NCBI RefSeq assembly: GCF_006345805.1
Contig: NC_043000.1
Location: 110,918,001-110,982,000 of the forward strand
DNA length: 64,000 nt
Reading direction: 5' to 3'
Origin: Octopus sinensis
Lineage: Eukaryota
Made by a program: the position numbers and the translations under genes
Notes under the pieces: model-generated
The model's input: only the letters and a program-made list of their open reading frames with translations
What the model was told of the DNA's origin: nothing
The model's database searches: none
Shown: piece by piece, positions 49,701 to 63,762 of the stretch
Position numbering within the stretch: position 1 is the first letter of the stretch
Layout of the letters: the number at the start of each line of letters is the position of its first letter

Positions 49701-52700
49701 AATTCCTTTGGTCAAATATTTGTCTTTTTCTTGTCAACTGCATGGAAGCATTTTAATGCAACATTGCCAAAAACCTTACAAAATTGCATTGCAGCATGTG
49801 CACTGCATCACATTACTTGACATGCATTGTATCATGACTTTTGGGACATGCATTGCAACAAGTGCATCGTATATATGAGAACAGTATTTTTTCTTTTACA
49901 TCTTGTTAATGTTTTTACTTTCATTTTGTGAGTTTTGTCTCTTATGATCAAGATTAAGTATTTTTCACTTTGAAATTTATGTTTACAGCTCCCTAGTTTT
50001 AGTCATCAAACCAGGGACCAGCTCTGATTCGTAAATGTTAATGACATCTTTCCTGCTCCTCTCCATCCTTTTCTTCCACCTGATGCATATAATTCCCCTA
50101 CAGCAAGACAGCTGTTCCTGTACCTCAATCTTACTTTAATTTCTCATCACCTGGCACAAAGCCTTCACCCTCAATACTTCTCCCCCATGGTTGAGCGGAG
50201 TTTTGTCTTGCAAAGTTACATGGTCACCTCACTGGTACTGGTGTCATGTAAAAAGCCCCCACTAGCACTCTGTAAAGGGGCCGATGTTAGGAAGGGTATC
50301 CAGCCATGGAAAGCATGCAAAAATAGATGTTAGAGTTTGGTGCAACTCAATCCATGTCCAGCATGGAAAATGGACATTAGATGGTGTTACTGTTTACTTA
50401 CAGGAAATCATCATCATCATCATCATCGTTTAATGTCAGCTTTCCATGCTAGCATGGGTTGGACGATTTTGCCTGAGGGCTGGCGAACCAGATGGCTGCA
50501 CCAGGCTCCAATCTTGATCTGGCAGAGTTTTTACAGCTGGATGCCCTTTCTAATGCCAAAATCAAATTCGATGACTGGCATCCGTGGTAGCGGGGTGCAA
50601 AGAGAACCATACGAGTGTGATCGTTGACAGAGCGGCTAACCAGCTTCCATGCCAGTGGCACATAAAAGGCACCATTTGAGTGCGATCGTTACCAGCATCG
50701 CCTTACTGGCACTTGTGCCCGTGCTAGTAGGGTGCCAAGAGCACCATCAGAGCGTGATCGTTGCCAGAGCAGCCAACTGGCTTCCATGCCAGTGGCATGT
50801 AAAAGGGCACCATTCGAGCATGATCGTTACCAGTGTCGCCTTACTGGCACCTGTGCCGGTGGCACGTAAAAAGCACCCATTACACTCTCGGAGTGGTTGG
50901 CATTAGGAAGGGCATCCAGCTGTAGAAACTCTGCCAGATCAAGATTGAAGCCTGGTGTAGCCATCTGAGCAAATAAGTAATTGAACAACTCAAGTCCATA
51001 AGTTTCCTCACTGCCCAGTTTCTCTCCCCCCTCCCATCACATGATGACTAACGATTTCCAATATATTCTCCAGCAATTTACAATCATGTTTTCAACATTT
51101 TCTTTCCACAGTTCTCTTATTTTCAGATATTTGCTTTTTCTGTTTTTGTCTTACATTAAATATGTGCATATATATATGTGTGTGTAAAAAATATGTATAT
51201 GGATTTATACATTTATGTCTGTCTCTATGCATGTACCCACTCACACTGTATGCATGCTCCTGTGTCTGCATTTGGCTCTAAACACAAGAATTCCAGACAG
51301 ACCCTTCATTACATATATGAACAACATATTGATTATGGAAACATTGCAGTTAATATTTTCAGTTTTTATTAGAATTTAACTCCTTCTAATAATTACACCA
51401 ACAGGTTCAGTGCCAAAGACCAAAGGGAGGAATTAAATTAATATTTTCATCTTTCCTTTTTCTGTCTCCCTGCCTTTCTCTGCCAACAGTCAGTCTACTG
51501 ATAACATTAATTCCAGCCGAGTTTGTCGACCGTTCCCTAATTTTGCTGTAATTTTCAATTGATTTATTTCGACCTTAAACCACAGAAAATTAATTCCAAG
51601 AGATAAAAAAATTAATTTAATGCATTTACTGATAAATTAGCAAATAAGATGTCTGACATCAAGATTCAGAAACTTTGAGCAAATGGGAAATAATTCGTTT
51701 TTAATTGTAGAACTCAATGTAGATAATATTAATTAATAACAGGTGTGTGGATAGTGTGTTAAGAAGCTTGCTTCTAAACTACAGGGTTCTGGGTTCAGTC
51801 CCATTGCATGGCACTTTGGGCAATTGACTTCTGTAGCCCCAAGCCCCATTTTTCAACCAAAGCCTTATAAGTGGACTTTGTAAACGGAAACTGAAAGAAG
51901 CCCCATCATATATCTGTATGTGTGTCTGTGTTTGTTCCCTTACCAGTGCTCAGCTGGTGTTTGTTTGTTTATGTCTCCCATAATTTAGTGGGTCAGCACA
52001 AGAGATCAATAGATTAAGTATCGGGTTTAAGAAGGAAAATAAGTACTGGGGTCAATTCATTCAATTAAAACCCTTAAAGGCAGTGCTGTAGCATGGCCAC
52101 AATCTAAAGACAAATAAGTGAAAGGCAAAAGGAAAGATAAATATTAAGTTAAAAATTAATCCCCATTCTCTCAGTTTCAAAATTCTTTTAACAAACAATT
52201 CTTGCTAAGAAGAACAAAGCTTCTTAAATGGATGGAGAAATTTGGAGGATTTCTCTGGTGCTATCTCTCACATTTACAATAGCTGGAGTCCTAGGGGCAA
52301 CCCTAATTTTTTCCTATCCAAAAGGGGTTTTAATAGCTTTATCTACTTTGAGTCATGTAGTAAATAAAATATTTGTAGCCTTGAGTCTGGGCCAGAGGCA
52401 AAAATAAGGGACAGGGTAGGATGGGAGTGTCTCTGGTGGCTACAACTGAAACATGTTTGTAGGGCTTCATATAAGGGTTTAGTGTGTCATCCGACCTCGT
52501 CTCTCTCGCCCCCTCTCACTCCCTTGCTTTCTCTTCCCCGATCTCCATCCCCATACCTCCCCCTTACCTTCTTTCTCCCCTCCTTTGATCCCACTCACTT
52601 AGATCTGAAAGGCTGGCTTGTTCCATGTCAATAACTTGGTCATTCAACAACAATTTCTTGTCAAACATCTCAGCTCCATTACTAAACGTCCTGTCAAACA

Positions 52701-53964
52701 TCTTGTCAAACATTACTAAACCAACCAAAACAGAAGGGGGTTTTCAATAAATAAATACAGCCATGAATTCACTTGTACCAACAGTGACATTCAGCCAGCT
52801 CTGACCAACAAGTTCCCCACATCCCTTACAAATGCTGACCACATCTGACGAATTTGATAAGATGCCCCACTGGGGGAAACGTGTCAGACAGTACAGGCAC
52901 TGTAGCCATAGTTGTCGTTCACTGTTGTGGCATAGAATTTGTGTTGGGAGTTGCTGTGGAAATACAAATTCACAAGTGGTCTCTGGTCACATGCCACAGA
53001 ATAGCTTGGACCACAGCAGTTCATCCTGCTGAGGATTTGCTGACCCAGTCTGATTATTGGAGCAGACTTAGCCCAAGTTTTATGCAGGGTCTAGAAACCT
53101 GCTTTTAACAAAAGCTAAGGGGTGCCTCACTCTCAGTGGTCACCAACCCAGAATTTGTGAGGCCCCATACTAAACAAATATACACAACCATCTATTTAGT
53201 CTCACTTCAGGCCCAGCATTTAAAACTCAACCAAGTATTACAATTTATTTAGTTCATCTTTCTGAAGTTTATTGCTAACTCTGAGACTATTTCCCATAAA
53301 TTGCTGTTTGGCCCCAGGCCAAATCTGGTGGAGCAGACTTATAATCGTAATTAAAAGGCAGTGCGAATATAGGCACTTCATCTTAATTCCAGACACTGTG
53401 TATCTAGGAGAATAATTATCTAAGGTCTTTCTTTGTGTTTTTTTTTTTTACAAGATTTGAAAGACATTTGTTATTTCTGGAAGAACAAGGGACAACATTG
53501 AAGCTTCCCTGTTCGTTAAATCATTGGGTTTAATTATTTAATGTAAAGATAAAAATAGAATGTCTTGGCGACTTAGGTGAGACCAGATTCAGTTTTGTGT
53601 GACAGGATTGTCCACATGTACAAATTGCCTTTGTTGACAGTAAAGGAGCCTCTATGTGGTCAATCAACATGCTAGAAATAGCAAATAAAATCTCCTTCAG
53701 TCTGTAATTTAATGTCTTTAAATAATAGACACTGGATAATGGTAATCAAAAAAGCAAAAGACAATGGTCATAGCTTAAGGTTTTTCTTTTTTGCTCCTGG
53801 ATTTACTGAGGAGGGGACAAAACAACATTTTATGGTTAATGTGTGTGTGTGTAACTGAATCACTGCAAAAGCAGAGTAAAGAGATCACAAGAGGATCAAA
53901 GTAAAGAACACACAGAACATGGAGCAAACATATTGTACCTCCTCTTCACCTCCCCATACCCCTC

Positions 53965-54905
53965 CTCTGCCAGAATCCTTAGTATGCTGGGTGAAATGCT
54001 TAGTGGTATTTTGTCTGCCACTACATTCTGAGTTCAAATTCCACTGAGGTCGACTTTGCCTTTCATCCTTTCAGGGTCGATAAATTAAGTACCAGTTATG
54101 CACTGGGGTCGATGTAATCGACTTAATCCATTTGTCTGTCCTCTCTGTGTTTAGCCCCTTGTGGGTAGTAAAGAAATAGGTATTTCGTCTGAGTTCAAAT
54201 TCCGCCGAGGTCGACTTTGTCTTTCATCCTTTCGGGGTCGATAAATTAAGTACCAGTTATGCACTGGGGTCGATGTAATCGACTTAATCCATTTGTCTGT
54301 CCGTGTTTGTCCTCTCTGTGTTTAGCCCCTTGTGGGTAGTAAAGAAATAGGTATTTCGTCTGAGTTCAAATTCTGCCGAGGTCGACTTTGCCTTTCATCC
54401 TTTCGGGGTCGATAAATTAAGTATCAGTTACGCACTGGGGTGGACGTAATCAGCTTAATCCATTTGTCTGTCCTTGTTTGTTCTATGTTTAGCTCCTTGT
54501 GGGTAGTAAAGAAATAGGTATTTCTTCTGTCTTCAGGTTAGCAGTTCAAATGCTACCAAGGTCAACTTTACCTTTTATCCGTTTATGGGGTCGATAAATT
54601 AAGTACCGGTGAAACAGTGGGGTCAATGTAATCGACTAGTCCCCTCCCCCAAAATTTCAGGCCTTGTGTCTTTAGTAGAAAGAATTACCATTATTTTAGC
54701 AGCAAGTTAGCAGAATTGTTATTGCACTGGACAAAATGCTCAATGGCATTTTTTCTGTCTTTACGTCCTGAGTTCAAATTCTGCTGAGGTCAACTTTGCC
54801 TTTTGTCCTTTAGGGGTCGATAAAGTACCAGTTGATCACTGGGGTTGATGTAATCGTCTTACCCCCTCCTCTGAACTTGCTGGCCTTATGCCAAAATTTG
54901 AAATC
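53965..54905 (+). repeat. Head-to-tail multimer of about five body units of the Meta-like SINE
   Basis: Units of about 170-180 bp, each starting GGTATTT(C/T)GTCTG..GAGTTCAAAT, at about 54004, 54180, 54350, 54518 and 54745. Confidence 0.85.
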
Positions 54906-55072
54906 ATTATTATTATTATTATTAACATCTAATAGTGGCTGATTTTGATGTTAAGTACAAGCTGATGTCTGTTTCTGTGGGTGTTCTGTACTCAACTATG
55001 TATCAGTTGTACTCTATTGTACTTTACATAAATAAATATACGTATTTGTGTGTGCGTATCTATATGTATGTA

Positions 55073-55136
<64 letters not shown>

Positions 55137-56174
55137 TACACACACAGTGTTTCATGTTTGTTGTAGAATTCCATGTTAGAGCAAGATTTTCTGGAATGCA
55201 ACATTTGCATGAAATGGAATATGTCAGTGTATGGGGAGACCGCCTTCAGTCACAAATGACCATGGGATTGCACCTAGAAAGTTATCCTACCAGGCACAAG
55301 TCCATGCAAGGTTGTTTGTAGAAGGCCAGCAGTCACCCATACATACTGCCCTCCCCTCTCCACACCACTGATGTTATCCAAGGGAAAGGCAAAGGGGCCA
55401 ATACAGTTTGGCACCAATGACGTCACAACTCATTTCTACAGCTGAGTGAACTGGAGCAACATGAAATAAAGTGTCTTGCTCAAGAACACAGCACGTAGCC
55501 TGGTCTGGGATTCAAACTCACAACCTCATGGTCATAAGCTTGACGCTCTAACCACTAAGCCATGTGCCAGTGTATATATAGTGTGTATGAATATCTCTGA
55601 ACATGCATATATGCGACAATAACTCCCTATAGATCTCTCCCTCTCTCTACTGTGTGTATATGTATGCGCACTTATATACATGTTTTAGGCGTATTTGTCA
55701 GTATATATCTAAATATATATGCATATTATGTATATTCGTCAGTATATATATATTTTTGTGTTGTGTGTGAATATATATATACACCCTCTATGCAGCTGTG
55801 TGTGTGTGTGTATGTTTGTATATGTATGCGTTTATTAATGAAAATCTCCGTCAATTCTTCCAAAGACAAGTTTTTTGTTTAGTTTATTTTTCCTTCTGTT
55901 TCCATCTCAATCTTTGTCCGTCCAGCGTTTCTGACACTGTTATGAAAACCAATTTATTATTTGTAAATAAAATTAATTATATTATTGAAATTGTTGAATT
56001 ATTTTTATTGAATCAAAATATAACATGGAGACTTTTGTTGTTTAATCATTTTCTTACAATTAAAAACTTCTCAGAATTTTCTCGATTCTGCTTCACCTTT
56101 TGGCTAAGTATAAAATTTCTTGGTTCTTAGCTTCATATCTGATATGAACCCTATTTGGGGGCCATTGATATTAA

Positions 56175-56394
56175 CCCCTTCGTTACCAGCCCGGCAGAAA
56201 CTGGCTCTGGCTATGAGTACAAATGTCTTGTTTTCATAAATTTTGAATTAAAATCTTCCACCAAACCCTAGTCACAATTTATGTTCCTGACACTGGCTTA
56301 ATGATAACTAAGTTATTTTACTAAATTCTTTGTTATATTTAAAGTAATTGAAAGAAACACAGAGCATCTCAACAGAAATACAGTAACGAAAGGG
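56175..56394. mobile_element. piggyBac-type MITE, same family as 15120-15340 in opposite orientation
   Basis: TTAA TSD; CCCCTTCGTTAC / GTAACGAAAGGG TIRs; interior is the reverse complement of the 15-kb copy. Confidence 0.85.
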
Positions 56395-57540
56395 TTAAAT
56401 TGATCTTTAGAACAGTCAAAGAGTTAGCAGTTTGCTCTGCCTTTCCTCTGGATTGGCCTGGCATAGAAGAGAACGAGAAGTCTGATTGGATAACATCCTT
56501 CATAACTGGGTCACATGATTGTTTATAGACAATGCATTGAGAGAGGACCAAGGTGTGTGGTGCATTGTTGTACTCTGGAAGAACTGTCCACCTCAACAGA
56601 ATTGGTATTCTAAAACTCAAGTGCTACATAAAATGCACTGGTGCCACATGAAAAAAGCACCCAGTACACTGTGTAAAGTGGATGGCATTAAGAAGGGCGT
56701 CCAGCTGTGGAGACCAAGGCTAAATAAACTGTAGAACATGGTGCAGGCCCTGGCCTTGCCAGCTCCAGTCAAGCTGTCCAACCCATGCCAGCATGGAAAA
56801 ACAGACGTTAAATCATGATGATGTATTCTTTTCACTTGTTTCAGTCATTGGACTGCAGCCATGCTGGAGCGCCACCTTGAAGGTTTTTAACCAATCGGAT
56901 CAATCTCAGTAGTTAGTATAAGTCTCTTTTGCTAAACAGATAAGTTATAGTGGAAGTAAACAAACTAACACTGTCATGTGGTAAGAGAGATAGACTTAAT
57001 CCCCCCCCTCACACACACGAATATGGAGGGATCTCAGTTTGGCCAATGAAGATTCAGTTATTCAGTCGAGTGAATTAACTGTTCATTGGATTAATCTGTA
57101 ACTGGCTGAGTATTCCAGGCAAGTATCTTTAATGCAATGCTCAGGTAGAATCAGTATTACACAGTGTGAGATAAAGCTGTATCACTGAATTATCATCCAG
57201 CAGGATTCTTTACAGTTTCCATCAACCCTGACTTCATTCACAAATTATGGGTTGACCCCATGGGTATAAAAAGTAATATTTTCCCCTGAGATGGCCACTC
57301 AGTTCGATTGAACAAAGGACTTTCACTATCACCATCACATCAACGTCAAACGACCATTTTCTATGCTGCCATCGATTGGATAGTTTCACAAGGAACTGGC
57401 AAGCTGGAGGGTTGCACCCAGCTCCATTGTCTGTATCAGCTTGCTTTCTGCAGTTGATGCCCTTCCTAATGCCAGCCACTTTACAGGATATACTAGGTGC
57501 CTTTCATGTGGTAGCAGCATGGATGCTATGTGGTTCCCAT

Positions 57541-58866
57541 ACATTTTACATGGCACCAGTCCATGTATTTTTTATGTGGCACAAGTGGAAGTGCATTTTA
57601 TGTGGCACCAGTGGTGGTATATTTTATGTGGTACCAGTGGTGGTACGTTTTATGTGGTACCAGTGGTGGTACATTTTATGTGGCACCAGTGGCGGTACAT
57701 TTTATGTGGCACCAGTGGCGGTACTTTTTATGTGGTACCAGTGGTGGTATAATTTTATGTGGCACCAGTGGTGGTAAATTTTATGTGGCACCAGTGGTGG
57801 TAAATTTTATGTGGCACCAGTGGTGGTAAATTTTATGTGGCACCAGTGGAAGTAAATTTCATGTGGACCCAGTGGCGGTACTTTTTATGTAGCACCAGTG
57901 GAGGTTAGTAGATTTTATGTGGACCCAGTGGTGGTACTTTTTATGTGGTACCAGTGGTGGTACATTTTATGTGGCACCAGTGGCAGTACTTTTTATGTGG
58001 TACCAGTGGCGGTACTTTTTATGTAGTACCTGCAGTGGTACATTTTATGTGGTACCAGTGGCGGTACTTTTTATGTGGTACCTGTGGTGGTACTTTTTAT
58101 GTGGTACCAGTGGCAGTACATTTTATGTTGCACCAGTGGTGGTACATTTTATGTGTCACCAGTGGTAGTACATTTTATGTGGAACCAGTGGCGGTGCAAT
58201 TTAAGTGGCACCAGTGGTTGTACTTTTTATGTGACACCAGTGGCAGTACATTTTATGTGGTGCTAGTTGTGGTACATTTTATGTGGTAGCAGTGGAAATA
58301 CCTTTTATGTGGCACCAGTGGTGGTACATTTTATGTGTCACCAGTGGCAGTACATTTCATGTGGTGCCAGTTGTGGTACATTTTATGTGGTAGCAGTGGA
58401 AATACCTTTTATGTGGCACCAGTGGTGGTACATTTTATGTGTCACCAGTGGCAGTACATTTTATGTGGTAGCAGTGGAAATACCTTTTATGTGGCACCAG
58501 TGGTGGTACATTTTATGCGGCACCAGTGATGGTACTTTTTATGTGGTACCAGTGGTGGTACATTTTATGTGGTACCAGTGGAGGTACTTTTTATGTGGCA
58601 CCAGTTGCGGTACTTTTTATATGTCACCAATGGTGCTACTTCTTATGTGGCACCAGTGGAGGTACTTCTTATGTGGCACCAGTGGCGGTACTTATGTGGC
58701 ACCAGTGACAGTACTTTTTATGTGGCACTAGTGGCAGTACTTTTTATGTTGCACCAGTGGACGTACTTCTTATGTGGCACCTGCACAGGTGCATTTTACA
58801 TGGAGCCAGCACAGGTGTATCTTATATGGCACCAGCACATATGCCTTTTATGTGATACCAGCACCT
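57541..58866. repeat. Minisatellite, 26-nt unit TTTTATGTGGCACCAGTGGTGGTACA, about 50 copies
   Basis: Tandem units read directly; edges degenerate. Confidence 0.95.
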
Positions 58867-60332
58867 TGTGATGACAAAATGAGCATCTTAACTATTTGTC
58901 TATACTGCACCTACTACAGAAACATTTGCACTTTATATAGAGTATGCCTTGGTAAACATGTCCCATGATATTGCTTGTTGTTCTAGACGTTTGTGCAGTT
59001 AACAGCAGACACACTCACCCTGGGAAACACTGACGATGTAAAGATTGAACCAGCACCCCTTCTGTGTGTACACATTTACAGCCGAGTAGACTGAAGTCAT
59101 GTGAAATGTGCCTTGCTCAAGGACACCAAAATGCCGCCTGATCCAGTTATTGAACCCTAATCCTTACGTTCATGATCCAGCTACGCTAACCACTTGGCCA
59201 CACATTTTCACACGCTCAGCTCTGAAGAGACTTATGAGTCTAATTGGGTTTTTTTCTTTTACTTGTTTCAGTCATCAGATTGTGGCCATGTTGGAGCAAA
59301 GTCTTGTAGAATTTTAGTTGAATAAATTGACCCCAAAGCTTAAATGCCTTCCTTTTAAGCCGGGTCCTTATTCTATCAGTCTCATTTGCCGATAGTAGTT
59401 CTGTTAAACCGGACGATAGATTAAGTCTATCACTTATGCGACTCATGATAGGATTTGAACTCCGAAAACAAAATGCCTGGCAAATACTGCAAGACGTTTC
59501 GTCCGATGTTCTAGCTATTCTGGTAACCCCTTAAACTGGGACTTTATTTACCGATCCGTGAAGGTTAAATAACAAAAGTAACCTCGGCAGAATTTGAACT
59601 TGGAACGCAAGGAGCCAGAATAACGCAATGGATTTCTTCCGATGTTCTAATGACTCGCCTATTTGGCAGCAATGCCTGATGTTATCAGTTTGAAGCTTGT
59701 AAACGGTTGTATTGTGCCAATTGTCCACTACGGGTCAGTAACTTGGACAGTATAAAGAGCAACAGAGATGTTAAGAGCTCTTGAAATGTGGAGCTTTTGT
59801 AGATTGGCCAGAATAAGCTGGAAAAATAAGGTAACAAACGCTGCTGTGCAAGAAAATCTGAAAGTACAAAGACTTCAATTGTTGACGACGTTCCCCAAAC
59901 TATATTTTGGACATACGATGCACCGTGAGTAGTACGAGTCACTGCCAAGGAAATGTGGAGGGGAAGAGAGCAAAAGGCTGTCAGACATTTATGGATGGAT
60001 GGCATAGAAAGATGAACTGGAAATAAGGGCCTGGCTGATTACATGCATATAAGGTAGAGGGAACTGGAAAGTTTTGGCAAGCTGACCCCTAAACTGAGGA
60101 AAGGTACCTGGCTGAGGATGTTATCTCATGGTGTAGAATAAACTTTGGAATTGCTAGAATCTTTTTCCTTGCGACAAACCAATTTATTCCTCGTGTGGTC
60201 GTGTGGTAAGAAGTTTGCTTCTCAATTCCACGCTTGATCCTAGTGTCTTCTTTTTAAGGTCAAATCCTGTCGCGCGTATAGATATGTGATCATCGTTGCC
60301 TGACGACGGGGACCTGTATAAAATCCAGTGAA

Positions 60333-60715
60333 GGTGGCGAGCTGGCAGAAACGTTAGCACGCCGGGCGAAATGCTTAGCGGTATTTCGTCTGCCGCTACG
60401 TTCTGAGTTCAAATTCCGCCGAGGTCGTCTTTGCCTTTCATCCTTTCGGGGTCGATTAAATAAGTACCAGTTACGCACTGGGGTCGATATAATCGACTTA
60501 ATCCGCTTGTCTGTCCCCGCTGTGTCTAGCCACTTGTGGGTAGTAAAGAAATAGGTATTTCGCTTGCCGCTACATTCCGGGTTCAAATTCCATGGAGGTC
60601 GACTTTGCCTTTCTTCCTTTCGGTGTCGAGAAATTAAGTACCAGTGAAACACTGGAGTCGATCTAATCGACTGGCTCCCTCCCAAAATTTCAGGCCTTGT
60701 GCCGATAGCAGAAAG
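60333..60715 (+). mobile_element. tRNA-derived SINE with a Meta-domain-like core, bipartite. Copies at about 2890-3120, 8340-8570(-), 11060-11235(-), 25620-25760(-), 46278-46490, 47260-47455(-), 59450-59670(-)
   Basis: A box TGGCAGAAACG, B box GAGTTCAAATTCC; core GCCTTTCATCCTTTCGGGGTCGATAAATTAAGTACCAG resembles the MetaSINE domain (from memory). Confidence 0.75.
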
Positions 60716-61618
60716 GATCTTATATAAAATCCACTTCATTTATCAACTGCCTTTTACTCTCACGATTTCTTTCGAATTCAAACTCTTCACCTGGTATGGG
60801 CAACCTTTTACGAAAAGTGGGCCGCATAAGACATGGATCATCTCCAAGCGGGCTGCATTTATAAAAATAAGAAGTACGAAGTTAATGTTTCGTTATGTGT
60901 GCCACTAGCCGCAGTTTGCCAATGACTGCCCTACATAAACAAACACTACTTGTTACTTTCGATAACATAGTGAGCCAGGGACCGGCCTGCTGGGCCGCTC
61001 TTTGAGTTCATAAATTTCATAAATGAAAAGCCAAACGCTGGTGCAATTGGAATAATTGTCAATGAAAAAAGAAAAAACGAAGAAGGGAAATTAGAAACGA
61101 TTGCTGATACGCTGGTGTTATTTGCAGTTTCACACTTACTTGGGGAAATCTCTTTACAAATGTTATTCGTCGAAAATATCAGGATGCCAATTGACGTCAG
61201 GTCATTCAAGTTAAATGGCACAAAATGTGTAAACGAAATGAACTTTCTGTGAACATCTGTTTAGGGTGAGTCAGACTTGCTGGAGGTGAGGAAATCACTC
61301 CAAACAGAACAGCGAGTACATTCAATTACACACGCACACACACGTTTTATCTTTCTTTTTTATGTTTGTTTCAGCAATTGAATTGCGACCATGCTGGGGC
61401 AACACTCCTGTACTTAGTATTTAAGTCTGGTTCTTATTCTGTCGGTCTTTTTTACTGCATCCCTAAGTTACTGGGGCGTACACAAAACAGGGGGTTAAGC
61501 GGTGAGGTGGGCAGGGGACGACAAACATATGAGATGGGCTTCCACAAAGTTTCCGTCTACCAAATTCACTCAAAAGGCATGGGTTGGCTCGGAGTTAGAG
61601 TAGAATATACGTGCAAGT

Positions 61619-61653
<35 letters not shown>

Positions 61654-61934
61654 ATAATATTAGGGAGTATAACTCCAAACTTACAGGGAAAAATTCAATT
61701 TAGTATTGAATCAAATTTCCCAGTATAAATATATAAAATATAAAATATGAATTAGAGATAAAACCACTATTATGCAACTCAAACAGTGATAGACATAATA
61801 TATACACATATATATACATACACATGCACACACACATATATATATACACAAACACATATACATATGCATGCATACACACACAGAGGAAGACTTGCACACA
61901 TGGGCAGCTGCCCCAAATCTATCAATAATAATAA

Positions 61935-62208
61935 TGAGAGGTACAAAGAAAATAGCAAAATACCAGGATCAAGTCATTGAGTTACAGAGGCCATGGAAGG
62001 AGCGGGTAAAATGTACCCCTGTAGTTATAGGCGCATTAGGAACTATCCTTAAAGAGTTGAACCGATGGGTAGAGGAAATAGTCGAGTGCAGCTTCAGAAA
62101 AGTGTTATTAGGGACAACTTGGATACTTAGGAAGGTTCTTGGCATCTGAGGTTACTTGTTGTAGCCCGATGTTAGGAATTTTTCCTTTCAAACAGTTTAA
62201 TCTGTTGT
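61935..62208 (+). mobile_element. R4/Dong-clade LINE 3' fragment (C-terminus of the restriction-like endonuclease region)
   Basis: KIAKYQDQVIELQRPWK..VKCTPVVIGALGTI..LLGTTWILRKVLGI matches the R4/Dong C-terminal pattern; 5' junction lies in (AAT)n. Confidence 0.75.
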
Positions 62209-62211
62209 ACG

Positions 62212-62713
62212 TACCAGGCATTGGCTCTCATGGCTTCTGGTCTTAATTGATTGGAAGTGTTATGCACATGTTTGTCTTGGTATAAAAAGATGGGCTATAA
62301 TTTGCTTGAAAGTTGTTTGACCCTCAACTGTTGAGCATGTCCCTTAGTGGCTGACGATGTGTACATCTCTGATCACGAGCAGAAGTAGTGGGGGAGCATC
62401 ATAGCCATGTGTTGGGAGGAATTCTTTGCGGTTTGACTAATTCACCTATGGAAACAAGGGTGTTTTATTCGTCATCTTTAAACAAACCTTATTCACAGAT
62501 CATTTAAGCAAGATCAGCTACTTGGCCTGAAGAAAATTCTAACTGGGTCCCCCCTGCAAGGTCATGCGCTGTTTATCTTGATATGAGATCTCCATGTCGT
62601 GCACATACGATTGTGATGCATGTGCCTGGTGTACCCTTATCAGACGGGTAGTCATGATGGGTATACTGGGCTTCGTATATTTGTACCCAGCGTCACATTG
62701 AAGTAATAATAAT
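62212..62713 (+). repeat. Unclassified interspersed repeat ending in (AAT)n
   Basis: Compositionally distinct block abutting the Dong fragment; single copy here, recalled as a cephalopod repeat. Confidence 0.35.
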
Positions 62714-63628
62714 TTTCGTCCGTCGTTGTCGACGATGACCAAGACATCACTTGAGAGAATAAGATGGGTGCGTCCGCCCGTGGCTGGTCAGTCCGATGCG
62801 TGATCCGAAGGCTCTGCTGCAGGCCAGGCAATGGTGGTCTGCTGAGAATGAAGGCAATGAGTTGGCTATGGATTTGCGCAGCTCAAGCTCTCTTTGTGCT
62901 CCTGCGACCCTATTCTGTTCGTAGGAGTTGGCACCTCTGTGGATGCTGCTACGCTAGACAGGGCGGTCCTGCACTTGCATTTCCTAGACTTAAAAATAAT
63001 TACTAGGTTCTGCTCCAGCATGGCCACACCGATTGAAACAAAAGATATTTTGCTAACCCTATCACTACTGGCTTGACTAGAAAAGTAATTCGTTTACCAA
63101 TAATTGCTTAACAACACTGGCGAGGGGAATGAATAACTGATTAATGATATTTGTAAATCCTTAACCAAATCAGAAATTGGATCGCAATGTTAGCAACTGT
63201 TTAATTATTTCCTTAATTAGCTACATCAGTAAATGACAATAAATACAGCATTGAAATTAAGTATGAGGCTGAGCTGTTGTGAAGGAGTTAAGAATCCGCA
63301 TATTGGACAATCTGAAGTCGATGCTTTTCTGCTTAATACAATATTTAATTAGGATGGAAAGGTCGTTAATCTTCTGTCAATAGACGTATGAACTTAAATG
63401 TATGGCTTACCAGATGGGTATGGCTGTGGATATATATACTGATTAAAGACTGTGTGTGTGTGTGTGTGCTTGTATTATTTATGTATCGTGTGCGTAGGTA
63501 CGTTTGCGTAGGTACGCGTGCATGTGCGCATGAATGTATCGGGATTATGTATGTGTCGAAATGTATGTTTGTGTGCGCGGGCGTGTATGTGTATATTTTT
63601 TCATGTCTAAATGTGTACGTGTGTGTAT

Positions 63629-63683
<55 letters not shown>

Positions 63684-63720
63684 TGTCTAAAAATTTGTGC
63701 GTGCGTCTATATATGTGTGC

Positions 63721-63762
<42 letters not shown>

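Noticed and set aside
57376-58968. Many overlapping ORFs with CGTSGGTFYVAPVVVHFMWHQWW repeats
   Set aside because: Artefact of a stop-poor 26-nt unit cycling through all three frames; no splice or homology support. Not CRISPR either, since there are no unique spacers.
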